Assembly: GCA_904063045.1 (NCBI GenBank)
Contig: CAJFCJ010000003.1
Location: 372,001 to 436,000, forward strand
Source of the DNA: Dimorphilus gyrociliatus
Taxonomy: Eukaryota; Animalia; Annelida
Reading direction: 5' to 3'
Length of the DNA stretch: 64,000 nucleotides
Shown: piece by piece, positions 1 to 12,428 of the stretch
Layout of the letters: each line of letters begins with the position of its first letter
Position numbering within the stretch: position 1 is the stretch's first letter
Program-made: the position numbers and the translations under genes
Notes under the pieces: model-generated
The model's input: the letters and a program-made list of their open reading frames with translations, nothing else
The model's database searches: none
Told to the model about the DNA's origin: nothing

Positions 1-1
1 T

Positions 2-589
2 GTACCAACTGGAAATAGGACTGCCGAGTTCACAGTGACCGCTAGCGAACAAGATCACGTAATAGAACCGATGCCTGATTTATGGGTTAAACGTGAAGAC
101 AATGGAATTATTGATAAAAAAAAATACAAATATCACAGAATGTGTGTTCCTAGCGAATGTTTTGATATTAATGTTACAATATCTCATTGTACAGAAGGAC
201 GACATTGTACATCTTACGGATATCCCGAATTATTAGTATCAAAAAATAATCCAGAAGTTAAAGTGAAGGATGAAGCTTGGAAACTTGCTGAAGGAAAAAC
301 AAGAAGTGTTAGACTACGACCAAATGACGTTAATATGGACGCTGGACACTATTACATAGGTATTTATGGTTGGTGTACAGAAGATGAACTTTGCCCACAA
401 CCACCTAAGCCAAATTGCGGACCATGTAGTAAAGCAGGAAATGTATCGTATACAATAAAAGTAGCCAGATCATCAATATCGAAGAAGAAATGTGAAAAAA
501 TTCTTAAAGAAAGAAAAAATAGCTCAAATGTAAGCGAAATATCTGCTGTATTCATTTTACTAGGATTAATAGCTAAGATGATTGTATAA
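2..589 (+). CDS. 3' end of a Cys-rich, probably GPI-anchored surface protein (5'-truncated by the window edge)
   Basis: The frame is open from base 2 (VPTGNRTAEFTV...) through the 35..589 ORF to TAA. It has many cysteines, a PPC-like beta signature (ELLVSKNNP...GHYYIGIYG) and a polar spacer followed by a hydrophobic C-terminus (NSSNVSEISAVFILLGLIAKMIV*). Confidence 0.6.
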   Translation, partial: VPTGNRTAEFTVTASEQDHVIEPMPDLWVKREDNGIIDKKKYKYHRMCVPSECFDINVTISHCTEGRHCTSYGYPELLVSKNNPEVKVKDEAWKLAEGKTRSVRLRPNDVNMDAGHYYIGIYGWCTEDELCPQPPKPNCGPCSKAGNVSYTIKVARSSISKKKCEKILKERKNSSNVSEISAVFILLGLIAKMIV

Positions 590-859
590 CTTTTTATTAT
601 AAATACAGTATTTTCATATTATTTAAGCTTTGATTCTTATGGGATAAATAGACATAAAATAGGACATTTCTAATTACTAAAAGTATAAAAAAAGAAAGCC
701 AGGAATAGTCATATTTAAATATTTATGACTTGATGATCAGACAGAGAGAAAGATGAGGCGTAGGTGGCGAGGGAGGATAAGTCAGGAAGGATAATACTGT
801 GGAAAGTGAAAATACTGATACTGTATTATCTTTATCGATTTTTATTATATGAAACTGTC

Positions 860-2762
860 TCAATCATATTCTATTATCATTATTTCCTCTTCGTGTCCAA
901 TTTCTAGGCGTCTGGCTATCCTATTAAAAGAGAAATATAAGCCAAGTTATAATTTATACTTAATAGATTGAAACAAAAGTTAATGATATACATAAGAATT
1001 GTTATACTTACACTGCTATACCGATAGCTATGAGTACTATTACACCGGCTATTAGAAACGTCAATCCTGGAAATATAAATGCAGTATGGGCAAATATTTG
1101 ATTAAGCACAAGCCCGCCAAGTAATTCTGCACATGTATCTAATATTGAAGCTCCCGAAAATAAGGCTCCTATTAAAATAAAAAATAAATAAATCCATCTT
1201 ACGTAAACTCTATTATCTTATTTCTTATTCTAACCTTGTTGCTTGTTGGTGACTAATATTGATAGATAACCCCTCATTACGGAAAATCCTATGAGACTCC
1301 CACTCCCTATAAAAATACCTGAAAAGATAAGATGAAAAACATTTCATTATCGATTCTTTAATAGGAAATATTAAAAATAATTGTAAAGAAAAACACATAC
1401 TTAAATAGATGACCCAATCATATAATACGAAAGATTGGACAAAATTCGATAAGCAGCAGCTAGTCATTCCAACTATAGCCAATGATATCAAGCTCAATCG
1501 TCTTCCAAGAGTTATTAATAAAATGAGAGCACTTACTGTATAAAGTGCTGAAGAGACTCCCGAAAATACTCCTATTCGAACAGCTTTCCATTTAAGAGGC
1601 GGAGATTGAATTCTAAGTAACAATGGCATTAATTTACCACTAAAGGCAGCAAAGTAGAGAAAGAAAGAAGCTGAGCATATTCGAAGGATTTTCCCCCGCA
1701 AACCACTTTGAAAGAAGACATCGTAGACGGTACGAAAATGTTCTTTTCTAAAGAAAGACTTTGCTTTTGTTACATCGGGTGAAACGACAAGAGATTCAGG
1801 TATAATAAATGTGTAGATGAGAGAGAAGGTATAAATTGCTAACATTCCAAAACAAGGCTGCAGGAATCCCGTTTTATCAATCCAAACACCGACTAGAATA
1901 GAATACATTGATGACACAAGAATCATTATCACTTCGGCAACAACAATCCTGGGAATGCGCTCTTCTAATGGAACTCTATCAGCAATGTAGGAAAATGATC
2001 CGAATAGAAAACTCTATTTTTTATTTTTAAGTATTATTATTAAAATCTTCAGGAAACTTATTAAGCCTATATAGTTTTGATATTTACTTGTAATTAATGA
2101 AAGCTCAAATGGAAAATATGAATATTAAATGTCTTATATAATACTGTTAATACTTGTAATAATAATAACAACAGTAGTGGTAATCGTAGTGGTAGTACTA
2201 GTCGTAGTGAAAATAGCATTAATATTAATAATAATACTTTTGCTCCTCCACATAGCCCTCCAATCAGCTTACTTAAGTATAATAGATAAATGTTTAATTT
2301 AAAATAGACAATGAATACTAGTAAGACAGTTTCTGCAAATTGTCCTATTAATCCAGCATACATTACTGGCTTTCTTCCTATCACATCACTCCAAGGACCA
2401 AATAATGTTATAGTAAATAATATTGGCACACTTTGAAAGATGTTTAAATAGAATAAAAAAAATGCAGCATTTTTTATGTCTAGTATATGCATGGCAGCTT
2501 TTTGACTCACATTTCCATGAATAACTTTCATAACATTGATTGGATGGGAAGTATTCAAGTGTTCTAATCGAATATCTTTGTAATAATTCGAAACAAATTG
2601 AGCTAATATAGCTGGTTTTGTTGTTACAGCAGCAAACACGAGAAATATAATCGGCTCTAAAAGATATTTGCAATCAAAGAAAGTCTTTTTCTTCTTCTCA
2701 ATTAGACTAGTCTCTTCCTTTCCATCTGTACTCTCATCCGATGTCGTTTTATCGTCAGCCAT
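860..2762 (-). CDS. SLC46-family MFS transporter (PCFT/TSCOT-like), 5 exons
   Basis: Exons are approx. 2762-2238, 2013-1401, 1308-1236, 1172-1011 and 920-860, with GT-AG junctions in frame. Family motifs: LLEPIIFL, GPWSDVIGRKP, FSYIADRVPLEERIPR, MRVYLSILVTNKQQG/ALFSG. There are about 12 hydrophobic segments. Confidence 0.88.
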
Positions 2763-4352
2763 CGCTTTTAAATATTGTTTTTGATATTCATTGAATAAGT
2801 CTTGCTTTCTCTTTTAATTTATTAATAAAATAAACTCATTACCTTTCTCTATCTTTCTTTTCTCTTCCGTATTTATTTTTCTCTCACAGTTTTTATATTT
2901 TCATTTTCCTTATTTAATCACATCAATACGGAATACGGACTAATGAATCAAGCCTTACTAATTTTTTTGTTAATAAATTCTACCAACATATGTGAATTTA
3001 TCTTTTTTTAGATTGTTTATTCCTTTTCAAATAGAGAGATTTTCGTGGATGATAAAAATTATATGAAAATAGATTATTGATTTTAAATTCCAAGCGCTAA
3101 CTGTTAATGAGGTAATATGAGAGAGAGAGAGAGAGGAAGAGGGAGTAATCTAATAGTTTCCTAGTCTTCTTTCTAAATGAATATATTAGATAAATGGGGG
3201 ATGGTTAGGTAAAGTTTTCTTTCATTTTTCAGGTTTAGCCCCTTGATAAATTGTTGAAAAGTGTTGATAAATATTAGACAATAGTTGTATACTTGTATTC
3301 ATTTCGCGCATTCCGCTTAGCGTTCATAAGTGGATTTATCTTATTCATAATGAAATATTAATTATTATGGCTAAGAGCGAATATACAAATATGAATCTAT
3401 TATAATAAAAACATTTCTCATAAATAATGTTACTTTAGTAAACAAAGCTTACTATTTAAAGCGTTAGGTCAGTAGGACACTACGAACAGTTGAGTTACTG
3501 AATACTTGTACAGTTTCCTTTACTTTTGATATTTAATAAGCGTAATTTAATGTTAAAAGCCACCAGTCTCTCACACTATATGCGTTATATATATGCTAGA
3601 TGCTCTCTATACAACATAGATACGTGTATACAAGTGAAGTATACAGGATATGCAAACTCGTATACAGAATAATACAATAAGAACATTTTATCAATTTTAT
3701 TGATCCTGTCTGACTATATACAGTATATAAATATTGCTGTTGTTTGGTAGAATATCATCATAATTACATTAATTCCTTTATAATCAATAGAGTCCCTGGA
3801 AAAACTAACAAAGGTTTCCTAAGACAGTAGTCCAATTATTCAAAAGAGAATGATAATAAAAGATAATTTTTCTTATTTATTTGTTACTTTATTATAAAGA
3901 GTTTTTAGAATTATCAATAGTGTAAAATTCATAGGTAAAATTTGTTGCAATTTTCCTTCTATCAAAGAATATATGATTATATATATATACTGTTATATGC
4001 GTAGTCTCTCTCTCTCTCTCTCTCTATCTCCCTCTTCAACGGTCCCTTCCTTCTATTCATCTCCTATCTCTCATTTTGTCAGGTTTTATTCGTTACATGT
4101 CATTTAATAATTTAGTATAGTTATTTTTTACTTGAAAAGACACATCAATATATCAATTAACCTTTTAACATAGAAGTAATAAAAGTCCTTTTTTTCACAG
4201 ACGAGTGTAATTTACATAAAATTCAATTAATTGTTAGTCTTATATTCAAATATAACAATAGGGAATTTCAATATATTTTTTGGGTATCAAATAACCAAAT
4301 TAAAATATAAGGTAGAGAAAATACAACAATAAGCATATTTTTAACATTCAGA

Positions 4353-6426
4353 ATGAACCTTTTGCACTGGTATATTACCGCCGTATTTCTCTTTACCTAC
4401 ACTAAAAGTCAAAGTATACCCTTTTGATTAATTCTTAATTGAAAGAAGATTAATAATTTATGATTTTTAATCCTTTCTTTTTATTATCAATTACAATTTA
4501 TATATATATATATATATATAAATACTGTATGTATTCTCTTTCTACTATTTAGTAAGATGTCCTGCAATAAGGTGTGCTGCTAGTTGCCCTCATGGTTTTG
4601 CTAAAGATGAAGCAGGTTGTAACACATGTAACTGCGTGAAAGTTGAACCAAAAAGTAAGTCAATATTTTACCTTGATCTATACATTAATAAATAGTCCGG
4701 TAGTTAATTTCCTCTGTAATAATAATATTGATAATTATTTTACTATTATTATTGAAAGTAGCTATAGTTCCATCATTTTATTTTTTTCGTTATGCCTAAT
4801 GAACTTGTACGGTTTATTAGAGAAATTGTGCTCACCTATTGCTTGTCTGTTACGGTGCGAAAAAGGCTTGGCAAAGGACGAAAATGGCTGTCCGATGTGT
4901 AAATGCATTGGACCTTGTGATAATAAAGAGTGCGGGAAGGATGAATTATGCGTGGAAAAGGAAGTAGCTTGTCTCAGCCCACCGTGCAACCCAGTAGGAG
5001 AATGTTTAAAAACGAAAGGTTATTAAGACACATTTGTAATATTAGAATATGTAATATCACCATTTCAGAGAAATATATTTCCTTTTCTATCAATGAGTTC
5101 TTTTTTTAGTTTTGTCCTTTTTTTTAATAAGTAAAAACACTAAACTTTTTTCCTTTCATCGGGAAAAGCAGACTCTGGAACACATAATAGACGTCCTTGC
5201 CCTATACAAGAATGTGTCATGGCATGCCGGTATGGACAAAAACTCGATGAGAACAATTGCACAATTTGCGAATGTGCCAATATTTGTACTGATCATCAGT
5301 GTCCATCAGACGCGAACTGCACTGAAGACAAAAGTCATTGCGGAGAGGGTGAAGCTTGTTACCCTATTCCAAAGTGTATACAATCGGAAGGTTATTTTCT
5401 TTTATTCTATTTACATCTTTGAATAAATAAGTTTTCTTTTTATAAAGAAACCCAAACTACTTTTATTCCTTCATTAACTACAAGTTTAATTAAGAACGGA
5501 GAGGAAATAGTTGAAGAGTGCGAGCCAGAAAATTGTCAAAAACCCTGCCCACACGGCTACAAATTGGATTCTAAGGGTTGTAGAACGTGCGAATGTATAG
5601 ATATCTGCAAGGTAAGATGAGTAATGATTCTTGTTAGAAATATATATTGTGATATTATAATATGATATTTCAATGTAAAACAAAGAAAGCCAATATCTTT
5701 ATAAACTGTACTTGGAATTTTTATACTCTATAATTCTATAGGATGTTGTTTGCGAAGGGGAGAGTTATTGCAAAGTTGAAAAGGACTGTGCTGACGGCCA
5801 TTGTATATACTATCCAGAGTGTAAAGGTCAATTATAGCTCTTTTAATTAAACTATATATATATATATATACTAATATGTATTTCTTTCATAAGATATATT
5901 CAATTATTAATTTTAGAACCCGTCGTTTGTCCACAAATAATATGCGATTCCAGTCAATGCGCATATGGATTAAAGGAAGTGGACGGTTGCGCAATATGTG
6001 ATTGCGCGTCTGATCCTTGCCAGGTAATGATGATCCCTTTGACTTATATAATTATAGTTAAATTACTAATTAGTATACAAATAGGTTTAAATATTAAATT
6101 TTTGAACTGTTAACGATGTTTACTCATTCTTTCTCTATCTGTCAATGCTTTTTCAGAATGTCGTTTGCGCAGACAGGAGTGTAAATTGTTCTACCGATTG
6201 CTCTCAAGAACACACCTGCAAACCAATTTGTAAAGTAATTAGTAATATAGCTGATCACAGGCCAAGGTTTTTGATATCAATAAAAGCCATAATCGTTATT
6301 TGTTCTGGCTGTATTGCATTGATTTTAATGTCAATTCTCTTTGTAATTTTCTTGTGTGTTAAAAGAAGAGATAGTCATCAATCGAAATTTGTGATTCAAA
6401 ATGAAAGTCAAAGTACAAAAGTTTAA
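4353..6426 (+). CDS. Type I membrane protein with multiple antistasin repeats and intervening Cys-rich (FOLN-like) modules, 8 exons
   Basis: A signal-peptide exon MNLLHWYITAVFLFTYTKSQ (ATG 4353) splices in phase 1 to 4553. Repeats of the form CPAIRCAASCPHGFAKDEAGCNTCNC, CSPIACLLRCEKGLAKDENGCPMCKC, CPIQECVMACRYGQKLDENNCTICEC, CQKPCPHGYKLDSKGCRTCEC and CPQIICDSSQCAYGLKEVDGCAICDC follow. The TM segment AIIVICSGCIALILMSILFVIFLCV precedes KRR and a short tail. Confidence 0.88.
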
Positions 6427-7895
6427 AATATATAATGAAGAATATTTTTATTTGTTAATAAATTAACAATAAATTGCATTTATTCGAATTTACTGTACAT
6501 CATTTACTTGTATTATTATCATTTTGAACAATTAATTTTTATATGTCTCTCTCTTTCATTCGTATTATCAAACTAATTCATAGTTGAATGATAAATAAGT
6601 TTACTGGAAATCAGTAAAAAAAACAATTTATGTAAATTATGAAATCAGGACATAACAAATAGCGTACTATGTTCCCTTTTCAAAAGTAGTTCAATACAGA
6701 TGTTCAAAATCACACAAGACTTTGCATTGGAGGGTTTTTTTTGTCATAATTTCTAACATATAACTGAATACCGTTGTTATTTTCAAAAAAGAGGTCAGAA
6801 GATAAGTCAAAAACATTGTCTATATCGAAGTAGACATTTATACATTTTCATAGAGTTCTAGAGTCTCCATCTGCAGGCTAAAGAATAATTTTCAGTGATT
6901 ATTTCACTACGTTACCATAATACAATAGATAATTAACAATAAAAACATTGCAGAATATTAACATTACATGAAATTTTAACTTTAATAGAATTTAAACGAA
7001 AATTTCTACAAGAGATATATAGAAAGTGATAGAAGAAGGATTTTATAGGATTCGCATCAACACAATTCCTCTTTGGAATACAGCAGACAGAAATATAATT
7101 AATAAGGCTGAAAGCAACAGAAAAAATGAACATGATAAAACTACATGACATTTATTATGATATAAATAAAAGCCTTTTAATAACAATCCAAGTATCTATA
7201 TAAAATAAAAACCTACTTGAGTATCAAGTTTAATTACTAAATATGACTTGAAACAAGGTTTCTTATACAATATAAAAAAGTAAATTACATTCGAGATATA
7301 CATTGCTATTTGTACATTATTCCTTGTTTTTTATATATAATTCTTCAAGTTTTAAAACATTGTCTCTTCATAAAAACAGCGGAATACAAAAAATAAAGAT
7401 AATCATAACTAAAACAGCATATTCAATAATTTAATTAAAAGATAATATTGAAATAAATCACGAATAAATGCTTCTTCTTCTTTTCTTTTTTTATTATTAT
7501 TATAGATTTCTTTTTATATTAAATCCACAAAATACTAAATATCTTAGGCGTTCTCTAAAGTTGTATTTTTCTTTCTCTTTAACCTCTTCATTTCTAGGTA
7601 CAACAGTCCTTGACTTGTAAAACGAAAAAGAACTCAAAAGTTATTTCGTAATCATTCTCCCCTACATGATTAATATATAAATCATAATGTCCTTTTCATC
7701 CTATAATCTTCTAAGAAAATCACCTAGTTTTTAAATCTTAATTATCAGTCATTCAAAGAGTTGGATAAAGTAAAAAGAAAAAAAGATTATTAAAATTAGA
7801 AATTAATAAATGACTCTTATCTTTAATGATGTTCAACAAAATGAATGAAAATCGACATACGTTGTAAGAATCGTCGAAACAATTTCGACACAAGA

Positions 7896-8483
7896 TTATA
7901 TATAAGAATTCCTATTGTTCCAATTTAAGTCATTTAATGTAGTATTTTTTCGTGTACATCTGACAACTAAAAGAATGAAACTTATTATAAACAAGAGTGG
8001 AATCATCACAAGAACAACTATGAGGGCTATGTTGCTAGAGTTACCATCCTCAGCTTCTCCATCATCGCTATAAAGTTTTATATAACGTAGAGGGGTTAGT
8101 AGCTTCTTTTGATTTACTTCAACAGAGTAAAAAATTTTCTTTGTCAGAGAACAATATTCCCTTTCAGGTGTAAAACATTTAACTTGTTTAAAATCGAGAC
8201 ACTTTCTCGACTTTTCATCAAATATTAGCTGCTTCGAGCAAGATTTCTCCGACCAGAATAATCCTGATGATCCGTTCTCACAGATTAAATACTTGGTACA
8301 GTTACTCTTATGAGGTCTTCTAGAACCTTCTTTACATGGTAGAAATAGTTCTATACATTCCTGACCATTTTCCTTTGCTTTAATGTTGTCCGCTCTGGTA
8401 ACATTAGATGAAGTAGATATTCCACGAGATAAATTCATAATAGAAATGATTAAAACAATTGAATAATATAGTTTGTAGTACAT
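7896..8483 (-). CDS. Single chitin-binding type-2 (peritrophin-A/CBM14) domain protein with signal peptide and TM helix
   Basis: The 195-aa ORF has an N-terminal hydrophobic signal. It carries a six-Cys pattern C...PHKSNCTKYLIC...C...LIFDEKSRKC...C typical of ChtBD2, and TM IALIVVLVMIPLLFIISFILLVV followed by RCTRK. Confidence 0.8.
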   Translation of the reverse strand: MYYKLYYSIVLIISIMNLSRGISTSSNVTRADNIKAKENGQECIELFLPCKEGSRRPHKSNCTKYLICENGSSGLFWSEKSCSKQLIFDEKSRKCLDFKQVKCFTPEREYCSLTKKIFYSVEVNQKKLLTPLRYIKLYSDDGEAEDGNSSNIALIVVLVMIPLLFIISFILLVVRCTRKNTTLNDLNWNNRNSYI

Positions 8484-9491
8484 TTTGCAATTTTTTAGTT
8501 AACCAGGAAGATATCTATGCAGTTGCTAGAATAATCTGACTAAAACCTTGCATTGAATAGATTATATAGATTCTACTTTCTCTTCTTCCATTGTGTCTAT
8601 TGAAATATTTATTTTAATATATTTCCACTTAACTGATATCTAATAAAAAACAGAATTCAACATTTAAAGATGTGTTTAAGAGTATTCTGAAAGATCATTA
8701 TTGAAGAATGTATACAATTTATTTGAAGATTTTTATTTTCTCTTTCAAGCATACGTTAATATAGTTTTTTTTGATTCTTTCTTAGTAGGAGTCTTAAGCT
8801 CTTATGAGATCATAAACGACTGCTTTTGAGCATGTTATTTTAGCTTAATCTCTCTAAATGACCTGACTTTTTCAATATTCAATGAATTTTTTTATAATAG
8901 ATAATTTATCCTCACTGCAAGCGACGTAACTACGATAAAGAGGTTACATTGCGTAGTACATAGATATATAGAGGAATGAGGGGAAAAACCTTTAAGAGCA
9001 CTGCTAATATTCAAATTTTTGCTTCCTGCTTTAAAAGGATATTAGTCATTTGCTGAATAAGAAAAAGATTAAAAAAGGGTAGATTTTTTAAATATATCTG
9101 CTGAATATGAAAGAAATGAAATCGCCAACTATTCAAATTTTCATTCAAAATGATATTATTCATTGCTGAATGAAAAAAGGTAAAGAAGAGAAAAGGGAGG
9201 ATAGATTTTTAAAATATTCATTTGGGATCTCCCATTTTAAAGATATTTTCTATTCAAGATTGCACTTATAGTCCAGTTTTATAAAAGGAAAATGACTAAA
9301 GCGAAGATATACACCTGACATCTTCAATCTAACTCTATTCCTCATTTGATTCACTTTTTCCTTCATTTTAATTTCATTATTAGTAATCTTAATATAATCT
9401 TTATATAAATAATTCCAACAAAATTTATCAATGCATGTATTCAAAAAGACATTAAAGTAAAAAAAAAAAACAAGGGAAGAATGAAAACCGC

Positions 9492-9500
9492 AAGATGGCG
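9492..9500 (+). promoter_or_regulatory. YY1-type motif AAGATGGCG between divergent genes
   Basis: Exact AANATGGCG match between the chitin-binding gene (ATG 8483, -) and the EB-like gene (ATG 9942, +). Confidence 0.35.
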
Positions 9501-9941
9501 ATTATCGTAAATTTTAGTATTCATACGCAATAAAAGAAAGTTCTGTAAAGATATAGAATTTATTATTATAATACGTTGAGAAGGTTCGACAAATTTTATA
9601 TTTATTAATTATATAAAGAAAAAATATACAATTTCCTTTGTAATTAACACGAAAATCATTTCATTTAAATAGGCCTATATTTAAATAAATATATAAACTC
9701 TGCAACAAAACCGCCGTCATTGAGTAATTTTCGGAAAATTCTTTTTCGACGAATCATAAGCGCCTTCTGAATAATTACAGAATAGAGTATAAATTGCTCG
9801 GCCAAAGTAATCTGTATTATTCCGCGGATCAATACGCGACCCTTTGAAAGAGTATCGCAACTTGACGACAGTGTCAACACATACTGGTTAAATATTCTCG
9901 ATCATTTTGAATTCTGAAGCCGTCAAGAACGTTCGAATATC

Positions 9942-11934
9942 ATGAAACTTTTCGTTTGCGCTGTTGCTTTATGCTTAGTTGCAGTTTCTTTTTGTGCTGA
10001 TAAAAAACCAGGAGAATCATGTACAAAGGATGATAAATGCACTTTAGAATCGGAATGTAAGAGAACAGATTCATACTGTCCAGAGATGAAATGTCACTGT
10101 AAGGAAAATAAGGTTGCAGAGAATAAAAAATGCGTAGATGCAGAGAAACCGAGTTAGTTTTTTTATTTCATGTACATTGCTATGTGTATATTTAAAAAGT
10201 TCTTTTTCCCATCAACAGAAGTTATGTATGACGGCATATGTGCAAAAACAGAAGACTGTTACACTGGTTTGGAATGTACTGACAAAAAATGCAAATGTCC
10301 GGCAGCTAAAAAGAATTACATTGAGATAACAATGACGTGCACAGATAAAATTCTTTTTGGCAAAAATTGTAAGGACACAGCATGTGAAGGTAACAACATG
10401 GAATGTAAAGACACGAAGTGCGTATGTAAAGTTGGATTCAAGGCTAAGAACGATAAAGATAAAATATGCAGTGAGATAGATTGTAAGTATTATCATATTT
10501 TAAAAAACAGGGAAAAACTCCATAACGAATGAATAAGCTAAAAAAATTTGTACTTAACTTGAAATGTAGTACTATAAGTATTTTTCCTAATAAAATAATG
10601 AGAGAAGGAAAGAAATGATAGAAGAAGGGGAAGGAGAATATTTGAAATCTATTTGATTTAATTTTTAAAAGGAGGAAAGAGACTGAAATAATAATAAAAA
10701 GAAGATATTAAAAAGTTTACATCAGTCTATTCTTAAAAGAGCGAAAGTTGAGTTAACACTGGTTAATTTAAAAAGAAATATTTATAATGGTAACTTTTTA
10801 GGGAAATTTTTAACTTATCTAACATTTTTTATATTAGTTTTATAGGAGAATTAACTTTTAATAAGGTTCTCTTATGGAATATAAGATAGGGCGTTGCCAT
10901 TTCAAATATGGCGTCCGAGAATGTGTCGACCACGTCGGCGCGCATTTTTAGGGTTTGGCCTACGGTCTGTAAACACAAAGGGGGAAAGTTGTATTCTTTA
11001 TGAGTAAGGTAAAGGAAATAATGTGTCAGTCGGTTAAGGTGTCTTTTGAATAGAGGAATATGAACATGAGTCATATTATTCACTCAGCGGAACGCCTTGA
11101 TACTTCCTTTATTTTAAAGAGAGCAGTGTTAACAATGCTAGTTAAATAAATTGTAAGGACATTAACTAAAGACAATAAGTTAAATATCAGTATATTTTTT
11201 AAGGTTAAAACTTATTTAAAATAACATTAAATCAATATTTAGGCTTAATATCTCTTTTTTTATTAATGCCATTATTAGCAGTATTATTCTTTTTACTTAT
11301 TCAGCAAGATTTTTCTTAGGCACATTATTGCCAGAGTTTGTTATCTTAGACTAGATTTGCTATAGCTCTAACATGTAATTCTAATTAACCATCTATTTCA
11401 TTTTATTTAACTTCCTTAGACGCAGGACTAGACGGTGACTGTGACAAGAAGACGTGTAATCCCATGATGGGTTTGGAGTGTACAGGTACAGGTACTCCAA
11501 AAAAATGTACCTGTCCTAAAGATACAGAGGCCAAGGAAGTTTACTATATGTCAGATAAAGTAAAAAAATGCTTGACGGCAAACGGTATATTTTTTTCTTA
11601 CTTGTGTTAATAATTGTGCAACGCTAACTCTTAAACTCTTTCCTTTAATCGTTTAGCCACCGTTAATGTTGGAAAAGACGAAGAATGTATGGCTACGTAT
11701 GATAAAGACGGTAAATATTGCAAAAAAGATCTAAAGTGTCAAAAATGCCCAGGAAGTGATGATTTGAAATGTCGGGAAGGAGAAAAAGATACATGTAAGA
11801 TAACATATAGTTTAAAAAAAGACAACATATATTAATGAATTGATTAAAACGTTTTTATAGCTGGCGTTGGACAAATGACATTTAGCATGTCTGTGGTACT
11901 CGGATGCGTCGCTTTAAGAAAATTTTTTATGTAA
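9942..11934 (+). CDS. Secreted/GPI-anchored Cys-rich protein with EB-like (EGF-related) modules, 5 exons
   Basis: Signal peptide MKLFVCAVALCLVAVSFCA. Exons are approx. 9942-10153, 10219-10482, 11420-11584, 11657-11795 and 11861-11934, all joined by phase-1 GT-AG introns. Repeated C-x-C-x-G-(F/Y)-type modules occur, and the C-terminus is hydrophobic (SGVGQMTFSMSVVLGCVALRKFFM*). Confidence 0.8.
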
Positions 11935-12359
11935 TTTTTAAGTGAAAAACTTTTGTGATCCAAGTTTTTTGCAGTGTTTCTTTCTCTCATATTTGATACT
12001 TTTTTTCTCTTCCTTTAAACATTAATATTCTAAAAACTTAGATAAAATTTAATATTCTTTCAAATTAGATAACAATTATATGAATATATTAACTTTAATA
12101 AGCGATCAGTGTTATCACATATTTCATATGTATCGTATACAATCATAGTCTTCTATGTGTCTGTGCATGTGCTTTTAGAATATATGTAACTTTTTTTTTA
12201 AAAAATACATGTAAAATATTGTGATTTCATAAAATCATTTTATAAAGATTTTTCCAGTGTTTTTCTTCTTTAGTTCATTTATTGTAAGTTCAAAATTATG
12301 GATACTTTTATCGAAAATCCTCTCTTTTTGATCAATAAATGAGAATATAAATATATAAA

Positions 12360-12366
12360 TATACAG

Positions 12367-12404
<38 letters not shown>

Positions 12405-12428
12405 CAGTATATACAGTATATATATATG
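12360..12428. repeat. (TA)n microsatellite interrupted by three TACAGTA units
   Basis: Directly visible: TATACAGTATA at 12360, 12401 and 12410 within a TA run. Confidence 0.9.

Noticed and set aside
7500-7912. Possible extra 3' exons of the chitin-binding gene (donor near 7862, acceptor near 7615)
   Set aside because: No convincing in-frame donor links them to the TM exon, so it cannot be resolved without RNA data.
8075-8125. TACTAAC branch-point consensus and TTATAG acceptor inside the chitin-binding ORF (minus strand)
   Set aside because: The only nearby GT donor gives a 50-nt intron whose removal creates an immediate stop, so the unspliced ORF is the better model.
9250-9444. 64-aa minus ORF with a possible phase-1 donor
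   Set aside because: Candidate downstream exons terminate within a few codons and no homology cue was found.
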